From contig CAYZBP010000001.1 in the NCBI GenBank assembly GCA_964476715.1, forward strand, positions 1-37,895: a DNA stretch of 37,895 bases, read 5' to 3'. A program made the position numbers and the translations under genes. Below the pieces are notes generated by a model that was not told the origin of the DNA, did no database searches, and worked only from the letters and a program-made list of their open reading frames with translations. How positions within the stretch are numbered: the stretch's first letter is position 1; each line of letters begins with the position of its first letter. The DNA is from an uncultured Bifidobacterium sp. (GTDB taxonomy: Bacteria; Actinomycetota; Actinomycetes; Nanopelagicales; Nanopelagicaceae). Below are positions 18,011 to 26,269 of this stretch, in pieces.

Positions 18011-18733
18011 CTAAACTGGAGGCCAAGGAATGGCAGGCCAGTCCTCAGAGGGGAAAGGAAATTTGCCCGAATCAAGAAGATCTAGAACACGTTGTCTAGT
18101 TATTTCCTTCTCCTCATCAGTTAGCAGATCTGCAATGAGATTACTCCAATTTTGAAACTCATCGATGAATCTTTTAAGTTGTGCGGTCTCTTTCTCATTA
18201 AAGGTATGTCCTCTCCATTGCCAAAGGACTGTTCTCAATTTGTCTTCTACGTGGAAAGTGACTCCATGGTCGCAGCCAAAAATTTCACCGTCTTTGGTCG
18301 GTAATAAATGGCCAATCTTGCGATCGGTGTTGTTAATAATTGCGTCAAAAAGCGCCATTTTTCGCAACCGTTCATCGTTGCTTTGCGAAAATTCGATAAT
18401 TTCGAAAGATTCATCCACTTCAATCCAATGTTGAACCATTCCAAGACCAAAAGGGCCTTCCCGTAAAGTCGTAAATGGAACAAGATTGAAATTCATGAAT
18501 TCACTTGTTAAATAGGCAGCAACTTCTCGTCCAGCTAACGATCCTTCTTCAAAATCCCAGAGTGGTCGTTCGCCAGAGATGGGTTTGTAAATAATATTGA
18601 TTTCAGTTTCTTCTAAAATCCCAAAAAGAGTCGCGTTAGATGCGTCAACTAATCGGCCCAATATTTCGATGGGCTTTTTACTTATAGCATCTTTAACGTC
18701 GGTAGCCATTGGCTCTCGGACATAGATGCGCAT
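18011..18733 (-). CDS. SCO1664-family protein, PI3/PI4-kinase-like fold (Rv2133c-like), function unknown
   Basis: Kinase-like catalytic segments INNTDRKIGHLL and GCDHGVTFH. N-terminal GRLVDASNATLFG. The start is ambiguous (ATG 18733 or ATG 18709). Either one overlaps the upstream DUF3090 gene. Confidence 0.7.
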   Translation of the reverse strand: MRIYVREPMATDVKDAISKKPIEILGRLVDASNATLFGILEETEINIIYKPISGERPLWDFEEGSLAGREVAAYLTSEFMNFNLVPFTTLREGPFGLGMVQHWIEVDESFEIIEFSQSNDERLRKMALFDAIINNTDRKIGHLLPTKDGEIFGCDHGVTFHVEDKLRTVLWQWRGHTFNEKETAQLKRFIDEFQNWSNLIADLLTDEEKEITRQRVLDLLDSGKFPFPSEDWPAIPWPPV

Positions 18734-19217
18734 TTGGGTCTAAAGGATTTCCACAAAACTGACAAGGAGGGCGGCCGGCTTTGACTAAAGCATTTGACCG
18801 CAGTGCAAAACTTTTTGCCATGCTTGCCGTGAGGCTCACTCTAAACAAATCTGGACCCTCGGTAATTTGATGATCAATTACCTCTTCGGTTTCTCCGGCT
18901 TGTGCTTCAATAATTAACTGTTGGGTTTGTGGATCCCAGGCTATGGCGATTACTCCAACTCGAAAATCATCCATCAAAGGAAGTTCAAGCGGTGCATCAT
19001 CCGTTTTGAGCGCAACTGATTTCGGCGGCAAATTCATCTCTTTTAACAAATTCAGAATTCTCTCAGCTAATAAGGCAACTTGGCTTTTCTCCAAACTTAC
19101 TGAAGAAATTCTATTTCCTTCTTTTGCTTGCAAATAAAAGGTGCGCTCTCCAGGCATGCCAACTGTGCCAGCGACGAATCGTTCAGGTTTTTGGAAATCA
19201 AAAATATTTCTGCTCAT
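18693..19217 (-). CDS. DUF3090-family protein (Rv2134c-like), function unknown
   Basis: N-terminus PERFVAGTVGMPGERTFYLQA and C-terminal Cys-rich motif CQFCGNPLDPNAHLCPRANG. 4-nt overlap with the upstream phosphatase gene. Confidence 0.65.
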   Translation of the reverse strand: MSRNIFDFQKPERFVAGTVGMPGERTFYLQAKEGNRISSVSLEKSQVALLAERILNLLKEMNLPPKSVALKTDDAPLELPLMDDFRVGVIAIAWDPQTQQLIIEAQAGETEEVIDHQITEGPDLFRVSLTASMAKSFALRSNALVKAGRPPCQFCGNPLDPNAHLCPRANGYRR

Positions 19218-19918
19218 GCTCCACCCCCATCACCTTTGCCGCCGCCAAGTCCCGCCAATTCTTTATTTTCTAGCAACTTACTTAAAGGAGTACCAGATTC
19301 ATTCATGGAAATCAATGCAGTTCTTCTGGAGTGCTCTTCATTTTCATGTGACCCTGAATTCTCAACCTTCACGATTGAGATCGACGCTGGATCGATCACT
19401 AATTTTTGAAAATTGTCGATCGGCAAACCTAAAATCTTTGCTATCGCCAACTTGATGATATCCCCGTGACTAACAACAATTACATTGTCGTTCTCCGCTA
19501 ATTTATCAATGATTGAATCTAAACCATTAGAGACTCTTTTGAACATTGCTTGGAAACTTTCACCTTCTGGAAAAGTTACTGTCGATGGTGATTTTTGGAC
19601 GCTTTTCCACAAAGGCTCTTTCGCCAGTTCACTAAGTTTTTCTCCGGTCCAACTTCCATAATCTGATTCAATGAAATTATTGTCGATTTCAATTTCTGTT
19701 TTGCCATATTTTTCATGCCAAGGAGAGATAGTCTCAATGCATCTTTGCAGTGGACTTGAGATGACTCGGCTGATGAGGACATCCCCAATTCGTGCAGTTA
19801 ATCCTTGGGCTTGAGTGAAGCCAGTTTCGTCGAGAGAGATGCCTGGGGCTTGGCCGGCAAGAACTCCTGCGGTATTTGCAGTACTTCTTGAGTGTCGAAC
19901 CAAAATAACGCTTGCCAA
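19214..19918 (-). CDS. Histidine-phosphatase superfamily protein (MSMEG_4193/Rv2135c-like putative phosphomutase)
   Basis: Catalytic-site context ILVRHSRSTAN (RH motif) and VVSHGDIIK. Gly-rich C-terminal tail GLGGGKGDGGGA. TTG start with a GGGAGG SD 4 nt upstream. Confidence 0.75.
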   Translation of the reverse strand: MASVILVRHSRSTANTAGVLAGQAPGISLDETGFTQAQGLTARIGDVLISRVISSPLQRCIETISPWHEKYGKTEIEIDNNFIESDYGSWTGEKLSELAKEPLWKSVQKSPSTVTFPEGESFQAMFKRVSNGLDSIIDKLAENDNVIVVSHGDIIKLAIAKILGLPIDNFQKLVIDPASISIVKVENSGSHENEEHSRRTALISMNESGTPLSKLLENKELAGLGGGKGDGGGA

Positions 19919-20007
19919 CTGGCCTCCCTTAGATACCCTCCGGAGAGGTTAGCCGAAAACTTCCCAATTGGACGAACCGAATTAGAGCAGTTGACGTAAA
20001 CCCCGTT

Positions 20008-20040
20008 AAATAGATGTGAAATAGATGTTAATAGATGAGG
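20008..20040 (+). repeat. Three tandem direct repeats (AAATAGATGTG / AAATAGATGTT / AATAGATGAGG), 11- and 10-bp period
   Basis: Read directly from the sequence. The TAGATG core sits at 20011, 20022 and 20032. The array ends in the GAGGTG SD of the aldo/keto reductase gene (GTG at 20050). Confidence 0.6.
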
Positions 20041-20049
20041 TGCTAGCAA

Positions 20050-20997
20050 GTGGAACAAAGACAACTAGGCAATAGTGGATTACGCGTCTCTGCTATTGGA
20101 CTTGGCACCATGACTTGGGGACGCGACACCGATGAACATGAAGCAGCTGAGCAACTTAGAATTTTTACTGAATCTGGTGGCACCTTTATAGATACAGCTG
20201 CCAGTTACTGTGATGGCGATAGTGAAAGAGTCATTGGTGGACTTATAGGAACAATGATTCCGCGCGAGGAAGTAGTCATTGCGACAAAAGCTGGAATCGT
20301 AGGACGTGAAATCGATAACTCTCGAGGTGCTCTGTTACGAGACCTTGATGAATCATTAAAAAGGTTACGAACCACTTATGTGGATTTATGGCAAATACAT
20401 GCTTGGGATCCGACAGTCAGGCTAGAAGAAACACTTTCAGCCATGGATATCGCCGTTAATTCAGGCCGAGTCCGATACGTTGGAATTTCAAACTTTTCCG
20501 GATGGCAAAGTGCTCGTGCAATAACATTGCAAAGTTCGGCAACCGGAGCCGGCAGAGCTGAAATCTGTGCAACGCATAACGAATACTCATTACTAAATCG
20601 GAAAATTGAAAAAGAAGTTTTGCCTTGTTCTCAAAACCTAGGAGTCGGTGTATTGGCTTGGTCGCCACTGGGTCGTGGAGTGTTAACTGGTAAGTATCAA
20701 AATGGAATTCCGGCAGATTCTCGTGGAGCAAGCCCCCACCTTGGTCCCTTTGTTGCAAATTACCTTGATGCTCGCTCCAAGCAGATCGTTACTGCGGTTA
20801 GTACGGCTGCAGATGGTTTAGGAGCAGCACCACTTGAGATTGCCTTAAGTTGGGTGAGAGATGCACCCGGAATTTCAAGTGCGATCATTGGAGCACGTAC
20901 CTCTGCGCAACTTCGCGGTGCTTTGCGCTCTAATGATTTAGTTTTGCCAGATCTTGTTCGCTCGGCTTTAAATGATATTTCTGAGGCAGGCGATTGA
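20050..20997 (+). CDS. Aldo/keto reductase
   Basis: LGNSGLRVSAIGLGTMTWG, IDTAASYCDG (Asp/Tyr) and LWQIHAWD (His). GTG start with a GAGGTG SD 7 nt upstream. Confidence 0.9.
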   Translation: MEQRQLGNSGLRVSAIGLGTMTWGRDTDEHEAAEQLRIFTESGGTFIDTAASYCDGDSERVIGGLIGTMIPREEVVIATKAGIVGREIDNSRGALLRDLDESLKRLRTTYVDLWQIHAWDPTVRLEETLSAMDIAVNSGRVRYVGISNFSGWQSARAITLQSSATGAGRAEICATHNEYSLLNRKIEKEVLPCSQNLGVGVLAWSPLGRGVLTGKYQNGIPADSRGASPHLGPFVANYLDARSKQIVTAVSTAADGLGAAPLEIALSWVRDAPGISSAIIGARTSAQLRGALRSNDLVLPDLVRSALNDISEAGD

Positions 20998-21199
20998 AAT
21001 TCACCAAACAAACTCCTATGAATACCAGACGATTCAAATACCAAAAGGAATGAAGATCAATGTTGTTCGATCGATGTTGGTAGAACGAGCCGAGTTAGGA
21101 AGTTGGGTTTTAGATCGAGTTCGAATTTACCCAGATGGCAGGCATTTGGTGACTCTGCGACGCCGGGTAATCAAGCCCCAACTTTCATTGGTGAACTAG
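20972..21199 (+). CDS. DUF5703-family small protein
   Basis: 75 aa. YEYQTIQIPKG...WVLDRVRIYPDGRHLVTLRRRV matches my recollection of the actinobacterial DUF5703 pattern. The ATG start overlaps the AKR 3' end by 26 nt. Confidence 0.55.
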   Translation: MIFLRQAIEIHQTNSYEYQTIQIPKGMKINVVRSMLVERAELGSWVLDRVRIYPDGRHLVTLRRRVIKPQLSLVN

Positions 21200-21202
21200 G
21201 AC

Positions 21203-22516
21203 TCAACAGTTTTGTAAGAATTTATCCAATACTCGCACGCCAAATTTGAGAGAACTAACTGGAACTCGTTCGTTAATTCCGTGGAATAAGGACATGAAAT
21301 CCAAATCTGGCGGAAGTTTTAAGGGCGCAAACCCAAAACCGGTAATTCCCAGAAGTGCCAGGGCTTTGTTATCTGTTCCGCCGCTCATGCAATAAGGAAC
21401 CGGAATACCCTCTGGATCCTCAGAAATAATCGCGGCACACATTGCATCTACCAATTTTCCTTCAAAAGGAAATTCAAGCGCTGCATCTGTAGCAATCGTT
21501 TCTATTCTTACACCTTCATTTAATAGTGAATTCATCGTAGTCAGGAATTCGTCCTCATAACCTGGCAGGAATCTTCCATCTATGACTGCAGAGGCGGTTT
21601 GTGGAATTACATTTGCCTTGTAACCAGATTCAAGCATTGTGGGGTTCGCTGTATTTCGTGTTGTGGCACCAATCATTCTGGCCATCGAACCTAGTTGCGC
21701 AACGATATATTCTGGATGTTCAGGGTCGTATTGCAGATTGCAAGCCTCGGCAACTTTACCTAAGAAAAAATTAACCGTGTTTGTTTGTCGAATTGGCCAA
21801 TCGTATGTACCAATTCTCGCGACACTTTCACTCAGAGTAGTAATCGCATTCTCTAAATTAATCATCGAACCATGACCAGCAGTTCCCTCAGAGATTAAGC
21901 GCATCCAATGAAAACCTTTTTCAGCATTTTCAATCAGATAAAATCGTTTTCCATTCGGCAGAGTTGCCGAAAAGCCACCAACTTCTGAAATGGCCTCTGA
22001 ACAGTTTTCGAATAGCTCTGGTTTATTTTTTACAAGCCACCTTGAACCAAAAAGTGAACCCGCCTCCTCATCAGCAAAAAATGCCAAGACAATATCTCGC
22101 GGAGGTATGTATCCAGATCTTTTCCAATCTGCAACGACAGCCAAGATCATTGCGTCCATATCTTTCATGTCAACCGCACCACGACCCCAAATTTCTCCAT
22201 CAATAATTTGACCTGACCAAGGATCGTGTTTCCAGTCTTCGGCGTTAGCTGGGACTGTATCTAAATGTCCATGCAGAACTAGAGCGGGGCGATTGCGATC
22301 TGCGCCTTTGATACGTGCGATCACATTGGAGCGATTTGGAGCGCTGTCGATAATTTGATTTTCTATTCCGCATTTTGTAAGGAAATCACTGACATAAATC
22401 GCAATATCTTTTTCATTTCCATTACCTTCACCAAAATTCACGCTTGGAATTTGGATCAATTTTTGACAGATGCTTACAACATCATTCTCGAGTTGCTCGT
22501 ACTCAGTGCTTCGCAT
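21203..22516 (-). CDS. M20-family metallopeptidase (dipeptidase / succinyl-diaminopimelate desuccinylase-like, Rv2141c-like)
   Basis: Metal-ligand motifs LVLHGHLDTVP, GRGAVDMKD and FFADEEAGS. I chose the ATG at 22516 (MRSTEYEQLE...) with a GGGGGAG SD 9 nt upstream. The track ORF extends to 22600, 2 nt from the tRNA. Confidence 0.85.
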   Translation of the reverse strand: MRSTEYEQLENDVVSICQKLIQIPSVNFGEGNGNEKDIAIYVSDFLTKCGIENQIIDSAPNRSNVIARIKGADRNRPALVLHGHLDTVPANAEDWKHDPWSGQIIDGEIWGRGAVDMKDMDAMILAVVADWKRSGYIPPRDIVLAFFADEEAGSLFGSRWLVKNKPELFENCSEAISEVGGFSATLPNGKRFYLIENAEKGFHWMRLISEGTAGHGSMINLENAITTLSESVARIGTYDWPIRQTNTVNFFLGKVAEACNLQYDPEHPEYIVAQLGSMARMIGATTRNTANPTMLESGYKANVIPQTASAVIDGRFLPGYEDEFLTTMNSLLNEGVRIETIATDAALEFPFEGKLVDAMCAAIISEDPEGIPVPYCMSGGTDNKALALLGITGFGFAPLKLPPDLDFMSLFHGINERVPVSSLKFGVRVLDKFLQNC

Positions 22517-22602
22517 TCGGCTATTCTCCCCCACTTTGAACTCTAAAGAGTGATTTTGGTAGGCTATCTCTACAGATAGGCGGAGATCGCTGGACATCAC
22601 CT

Positions 22603-22686
22603 GACCGGGTGGCGGAATTGGCAGACGCGCTAGCTTGAGGTGCTAGTTCTCGCAAGGGATTCGGGGTTCAAGTCCCCGTTCGGTCA
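22603..22686 (+). tRNA. tRNA-Leu (anticodon GAG), type II with long variable arm; CCA not encoded
   Basis: Manual cloverleaf. Acceptor stem GACCGGG/TTCGGTC (two G-U pairs). D arm GCG-GAATTGGCAGA-CGC. Anticodon arm CTAGC-TTGAGGT-GCTAG (GAG at 22637-22639). Variable arm TCTC-GCAA-GGGA. T arm CGGGG-TTCAAGT-CCCCG. Discriminator A. Confidence 0.85.
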
Positions 22687-22728
22687 CAAGAATTCACCAG
22701 TAACGAACATATCCAGAATGGGGTCTTT

Positions 22729-23700
22729 GTGCGGGCAATTTCGATATCGGGCGTTGGTGCAGCGGATCAACTCAAAGTCGAAGAGTTTCCACGCCCAGTT
22801 CCATCAAATACCTCTGGTGGACAACTCTTAATTCGCGTTGAACTTGCTGGCATTAATTTTTTTGATATTTATCAACGCCGTGGAGAAAGACCGATGAACT
22901 TCCCTGGGATTCTTGGCGTAGAGGGCATCGGTACGATTTTGGAAAGTTCAGTTCCGCTTCTAAATTTTAAAGTTGGCGATCGCGTCGGATGGGCTGGCGG
23001 TTCAAAATCTTATGCAGAATTTTTGACTCTAGATGAAGATCAATTGATCCCTTTGCCGGCAAGTATCTCTTCAGAAAAACTATTGCCTTTACTCTCACAA
23101 GGCTTGACTGCCCATTTTCTAGCAACATCCTCACATATTGCTTCACCAAAAACCACCGCTTTAGTAACTGCAGCATCTGGCGGTGTCGGTTCTGTCTTAA
23201 TTCAGCTTTTGAAACGTACCGGTGCTCGCGTAATTCCAGTGACCTCCAGTCATGAAAAAGTCGAGCGATTGAAGATATTGGATTTCGAGCATGCCTGCAC
23301 ATATTCAGAGATGAAGGAACGGGTATCAGACTTAACAAAAGGTTTAGGAGTCAATGTTGTGTATGACAGCGTCGGAAAAGAAACTTTTAATCAGACAATC
23401 GAACTCGTAGGACGAAGAGGAGACATGGTTCTCTATGGTGCCGCCAGTGGACCCGTTGATCCAATAAATCCTTTGACTCTGACCAGAAACTCGATCTACC
23501 TTTCTCGTCCCACACTTTCAGATTTCATACCAACTTTTGCTGAGAAAAAAGATCGCATCAACGATCTTGTTAGCGCACTTCTTTCTGGAGCTTTGGAGCT
23601 TCCGCCAATTCAAACCTTCACTTTTGAGCAAGCAACGCAAGCGCACCGTCTCCTTGAAAGTGGCATGGCTGGCGGTAAATTGGCCTTCAGGACAGAATAG
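22729..23700 (+). CDS. NADPH:quinone oxidoreductase (zeta-crystallin-like MDR family)
   Basis: 323 aa with MDR fold and nucleotide-binding TAASGGVGSVLIQLLK. No structural-zinc Cys cluster. GTG start. Confidence 0.85.
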   Translation: MRAISISGVGAADQLKVEEFPRPVPSNTSGGQLLIRVELAGINFFDIYQRRGERPMNFPGILGVEGIGTILESSVPLLNFKVGDRVGWAGGSKSYAEFLTLDEDQLIPLPASISSEKLLPLLSQGLTAHFLATSSHIASPKTTALVTAASGGVGSVLIQLLKRTGARVIPVTSSHEKVERLKILDFEHACTYSEMKERVSDLTKGLGVNVVYDSVGKETFNQTIELVGRRGDMVLYGAASGPVDPINPLTLTRNSIYLSRPTLSDFIPTFAEKKDRINDLVSALLSGALELPPIQTFTFEQATQAHRLLESGMAGGKLAFRTE

Positions 23701-23734
23701 GATTTAGTTAAAGATAGGAAGGGTGGTAATCCCG

Positions 23735-24010
23735 ATGGAAGATTTAGCATTGTTGGTTGCCATGATTTTGTTTTTCCCTGCGATCCTGGCACCACTCGCT
23801 TTGGGCTTAACTTTCTTGAAGCGCCAACGTTGGCACATCTTCTTCATACTCCCAGTGGCGATTATGGCATCATCAATCAGTGGTCCGTTGATTCTTTCAA
23901 ATGTGAGCACCGGTGGAACTGTGATGGGTTTCATCGGGATAACTTGTTCATTGCTTGCTGTCTGGCGTTGGGTGAGATCAGCACCACCAAAACCTTTACG
24001 TGAAGATTAA
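23735..24010 (+). CDS. Small hydrophobic protein (about 91 aa, 3 predicted TM segments), no recognisable family
   Basis: Hydrophobic stretches LALLVAMILFFPAILAPLALGLTF, IFFILPVAIMASSISGPLIL and VMGFIGITCSLLAVW. I prefer the ATG at 23735 (GGAAGGGTGG SD 8 nt upstream) over the GTG at 23723. The 3' end overlaps the apt start by 11 nt. Confidence 0.45.
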   Translation: MEDLALLVAMILFFPAILAPLALGLTFLKRQRWHIFFILPVAIMASSISGPLILSNVSTGGTVMGFIGITCSLLAVWRWVRSAPPKPLRED

Positions 24011-24563
24011 GCAATTGGAAAATTCTGAAGTTATTGATTCACTTGAAAAGGCTCAGGCATTAATTAAAAGCGTGCCTGATTACCCCAAACCTGGAATTGT
24101 ATTTAAGGACATCACCCCTCTCATTGCAAATGCCCAGGCTTTTACCTTGTGTGTCGATGCGATGGCTAAATCTTTATCAGGGGCCACTCACGTTGCTGGT
24201 CTTGAAGCACGTGGATTTGTCTTCGCTGCGGCAATTGCAGCGCGACACAATTTAGGTTTTGTACTCCTTAGAAAGCCTGGAAAACTTCCTCGAGAGGTTT
24301 ACAAAGTTGAATACGCGTTGGAGTATGGCTCTGATTCACTTGAGTTACATCGAGATCAGTTATCTGCCAGCAATAAAGTGGTCATAGTAGATGATGTTTT
24401 AGCAACTGGAGGAACTCTTAGCGCGGGAATTTCTTTAGTGGGTTTAACTGGGGCGCAGATACTGGGTTCAGTTGTTTTAGGAGAGATTCCTTTTCTATCT
24501 GGTCGCAAGAAAGTTTTAAGTGAGCATCCAGAACACCGGATAGACGCGGTTTTTCAGTTTTAG
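24000..24563 (+). CDS. apt: Adenine phosphoribosyltransferase
   Basis: DYPKPGIVFKDITPL and PRPP-binding VVIVDDVLATGGTL. GTG start. Confidence 0.9.
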   Translation: MKIKQLENSEVIDSLEKAQALIKSVPDYPKPGIVFKDITPLIANAQAFTLCVDAMAKSLSGATHVAGLEARGFVFAAAIAARHNLGFVLLRKPGKLPREVYKVEYALEYGSDSLELHRDQLSASNKVVIVDDVLATGGTLSAGISLVGLTGAQILGSVVLGEIPFLSGRKKVLSEHPEHRIDAVFQF

Positions 24564-24565
24564 AT

Positions 24566-26176
24566 TTACTCCAACATAATTAAGTCTAAATACTGGTCGT
24601 TCCATAAATCTTCTTCACCATCAGGCAGCAGGAGTACTCGTTCTGGCTTTAATGAAATAACTGCACCTTCATCATGTGATACCAAAATAACAGACCCTTG
24701 GTACTCGCTTAGCGCTCCTAAAATTTCATCCCGTGATGCTGGATCTAAGTTGTTGGTTGGCTCATCTAGCAACAGTACGTTAGCCGCGCTCACTACTAAC
24801 ATCGCCAAAGCCAACCTGGTTTTCTCTCCGCCACTTAAAACCTTAACTGGCTTTTTTACATCATCACCAGAAAATAAAAATGAACCCAACACATTTCGTG
24901 CTTCTGGTTCACGAATATCAACTGCCGAACTCAACATATTTTCAAGAACTGTTCTCTCGTAATCCAAAGATTCGTGCTCTTGGGCGTAGTAGCCAATTTT
25001 TAATCCATGACCGGCGACAACCTCTCCAGTGTCGGATTCCAACTCCCCCGCCAAAATGCGAAGCAAAGTTGTTTTACCTGCACCATTTAATCCCAGGATT
25101 ACTACACGCGAACCTTTATCGATTGCTAAATCAACATCAGTAAAGATTTCTAGTGATCCATAGGATTTACTCAGACCAGTAGCAGAAATTGGAGTCTTCC
25201 CACATGGAGAAGGCGTTGGAAAACGTAATCTAGCTACGCGATCACTCTTACGCTCATCTTCAAGATTTGAAAGCAACTTCTCAGCACGACGGAACATACC
25301 TTGCGCAGCTTTAGCCTTCGTCGCTTTCGCACGCATTTTCTCAGCCTGCTTTTCGAGAATCGCAGCCTTCTTTTCAGCATTCGCACGCTCACTCTTTCGG
25401 CGATGTTCATCCTGTTCTCTTTGCTGTAGATATTTCTTCCACCCCATGTTGTAAACATCGATGACATTTCGATTGGCATCTAGGTAGAAAACTTTGTTCA
25501 CAACAGTTTCAATTAGAGCAACATCGTGACTGATCACAACTAATCCACCAGAGTACTTAGCTAAAAATTCCCTTAACCAATTGATCGAATCAGCATCCAA
25601 GTGGTTTGTAGGTTCATCAAGCAAAAGTGTTTCTGCACCACTGAAGAGAATTCTTGCTAACTCAACCCTTCTACGTTGACCACCACTTAATGCTCCAATG
25701 TTTTGATCAAACAATCGCTCGGGAATTCCTAAGTTTGTTGCGATTGCCTCTGCCTCTGCAGTTGCTGAATATCCACCAGCGGCGTTGAATTCACTATCTG
25801 CTCTCGAATACTTGGTTAGTACGGCTTCTAACTCTTCACCTTCAGTGTTAGCCATAGCCTCTTCTGCTTGGCGCATTCGCTCAACGATTAAATCTAAACC
25901 GCGTACCGATAAAATTCGATCCAGTACAGATCCCGCTTCATCTCCTGTGCGTGGATCTTGTGGAAGATAACCGATTGTTCCACTTCGATTTACTTGGCCA
26001 CCAGCCGGTAATGTTTGACCAGCCAAAACTTTTGCTAAGGTGCTTTTACCTGCACCATTTCTACCAACAAAGCCAATGCGATCACCACTATTGATCCTTA
26101 CTGTAACTCCAGAAACCAAAAGTCGAGCACCAGCGCGCAACTCTAGACTAGAAGTGGAAATCACATGAGAGATCAT
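24566..26176 (-). CDS. ABC-F family ATPase (tandem ATP-binding cassettes, no TM domain; translation-factor-type)
   Basis: Two Walker A motifs (GRNGAGKST, GLNGAGKTT) and two signatures (LSGGQRRRVELA, LSGGEKTRLALA). A Lys/Arg/Glu-rich inter-domain linker separates the cassettes. Confidence 0.9.
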   Translation of the reverse strand: MISHVISTSSLELRAGARLLVSGVTVRINSGDRIGFVGRNGAGKSTLAKVLAGQTLPAGGQVNRSGTIGYLPQDPRTGDEAGSVLDRILSVRGLDLIVERMRQAEEAMANTEGEELEAVLTKYSRADSEFNAAGGYSATAEAEAIATNLGIPERLFDQNIGALSGGQRRRVELARILFSGAETLLLDEPTNHLDADSINWLREFLAKYSGGLVVISHDVALIETVVNKVFYLDANRNVIDVYNMGWKKYLQQREQDEHRRKSERANAEKKAAILEKQAEKMRAKATKAKAAQGMFRRAEKLLSNLEDERKSDRVARLRFPTPSPCGKTPISATGLSKSYGSLEIFTDVDLAIDKGSRVVILGLNGAGKTTLLRILAGELESDTGEVVAGHGLKIGYYAQEHESLDYERTVLENMLSSAVDIREPEARNVLGSFLFSGDDVKKPVKVLSGGEKTRLALAMLVVSAANVLLLDEPTNNLDPASRDEILGALSEYQGSVILVSHDEGAVISLKPERVLLLPDGEEDLWNDQYLDLIMLE

Positions 26177-26269
26177 CTCATGGCAAGGATGAGAGATTTT
26201 CCCGATCTCTGGTTACAATTCAATGATCAGAGGCATGAGTGAGATACACCGTATTGGGAGAGAAAATAT

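Noticed and set aside
17998-18075. Longer mshC ORF, and similarly the longer rpe ORF to 34935
   Set aside because: The extensions overlap the upstream genes by 50-65 nt and add non-conserved residues. The internal Met starts reproduce the canonical N-termini (MQTW... for MshC, M-x-x-x-ITPSIL for Rpe).
19938-19945. 8-bp palindrome CTCCGGAG in the phosphatase/AKR intergenic region
   Set aside because: It is too short to be meaningful. An 8-bp palindrome is expected by chance in a region of about 130 bp roughly half the time.
22517-22600. N-terminal 28-codon extension of the M20 peptidase ORF reaching to 2 nt from the tRNA
   Set aside because: The extension has no SD and would leave no promoter space next to the tRNA gene. 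The internal ATG at 22516 has a GGGGGAG SD and gives a normal M20 N-terminus.
22603-22730. tRNA-Leu as a possible integration site for a genomic island
   Set aside because: There is no integrase, no direct repeat of the tRNA 3' end that I could find downstream, and the flanking genes (qor, apt, ABC-F) are ordinary core functions.
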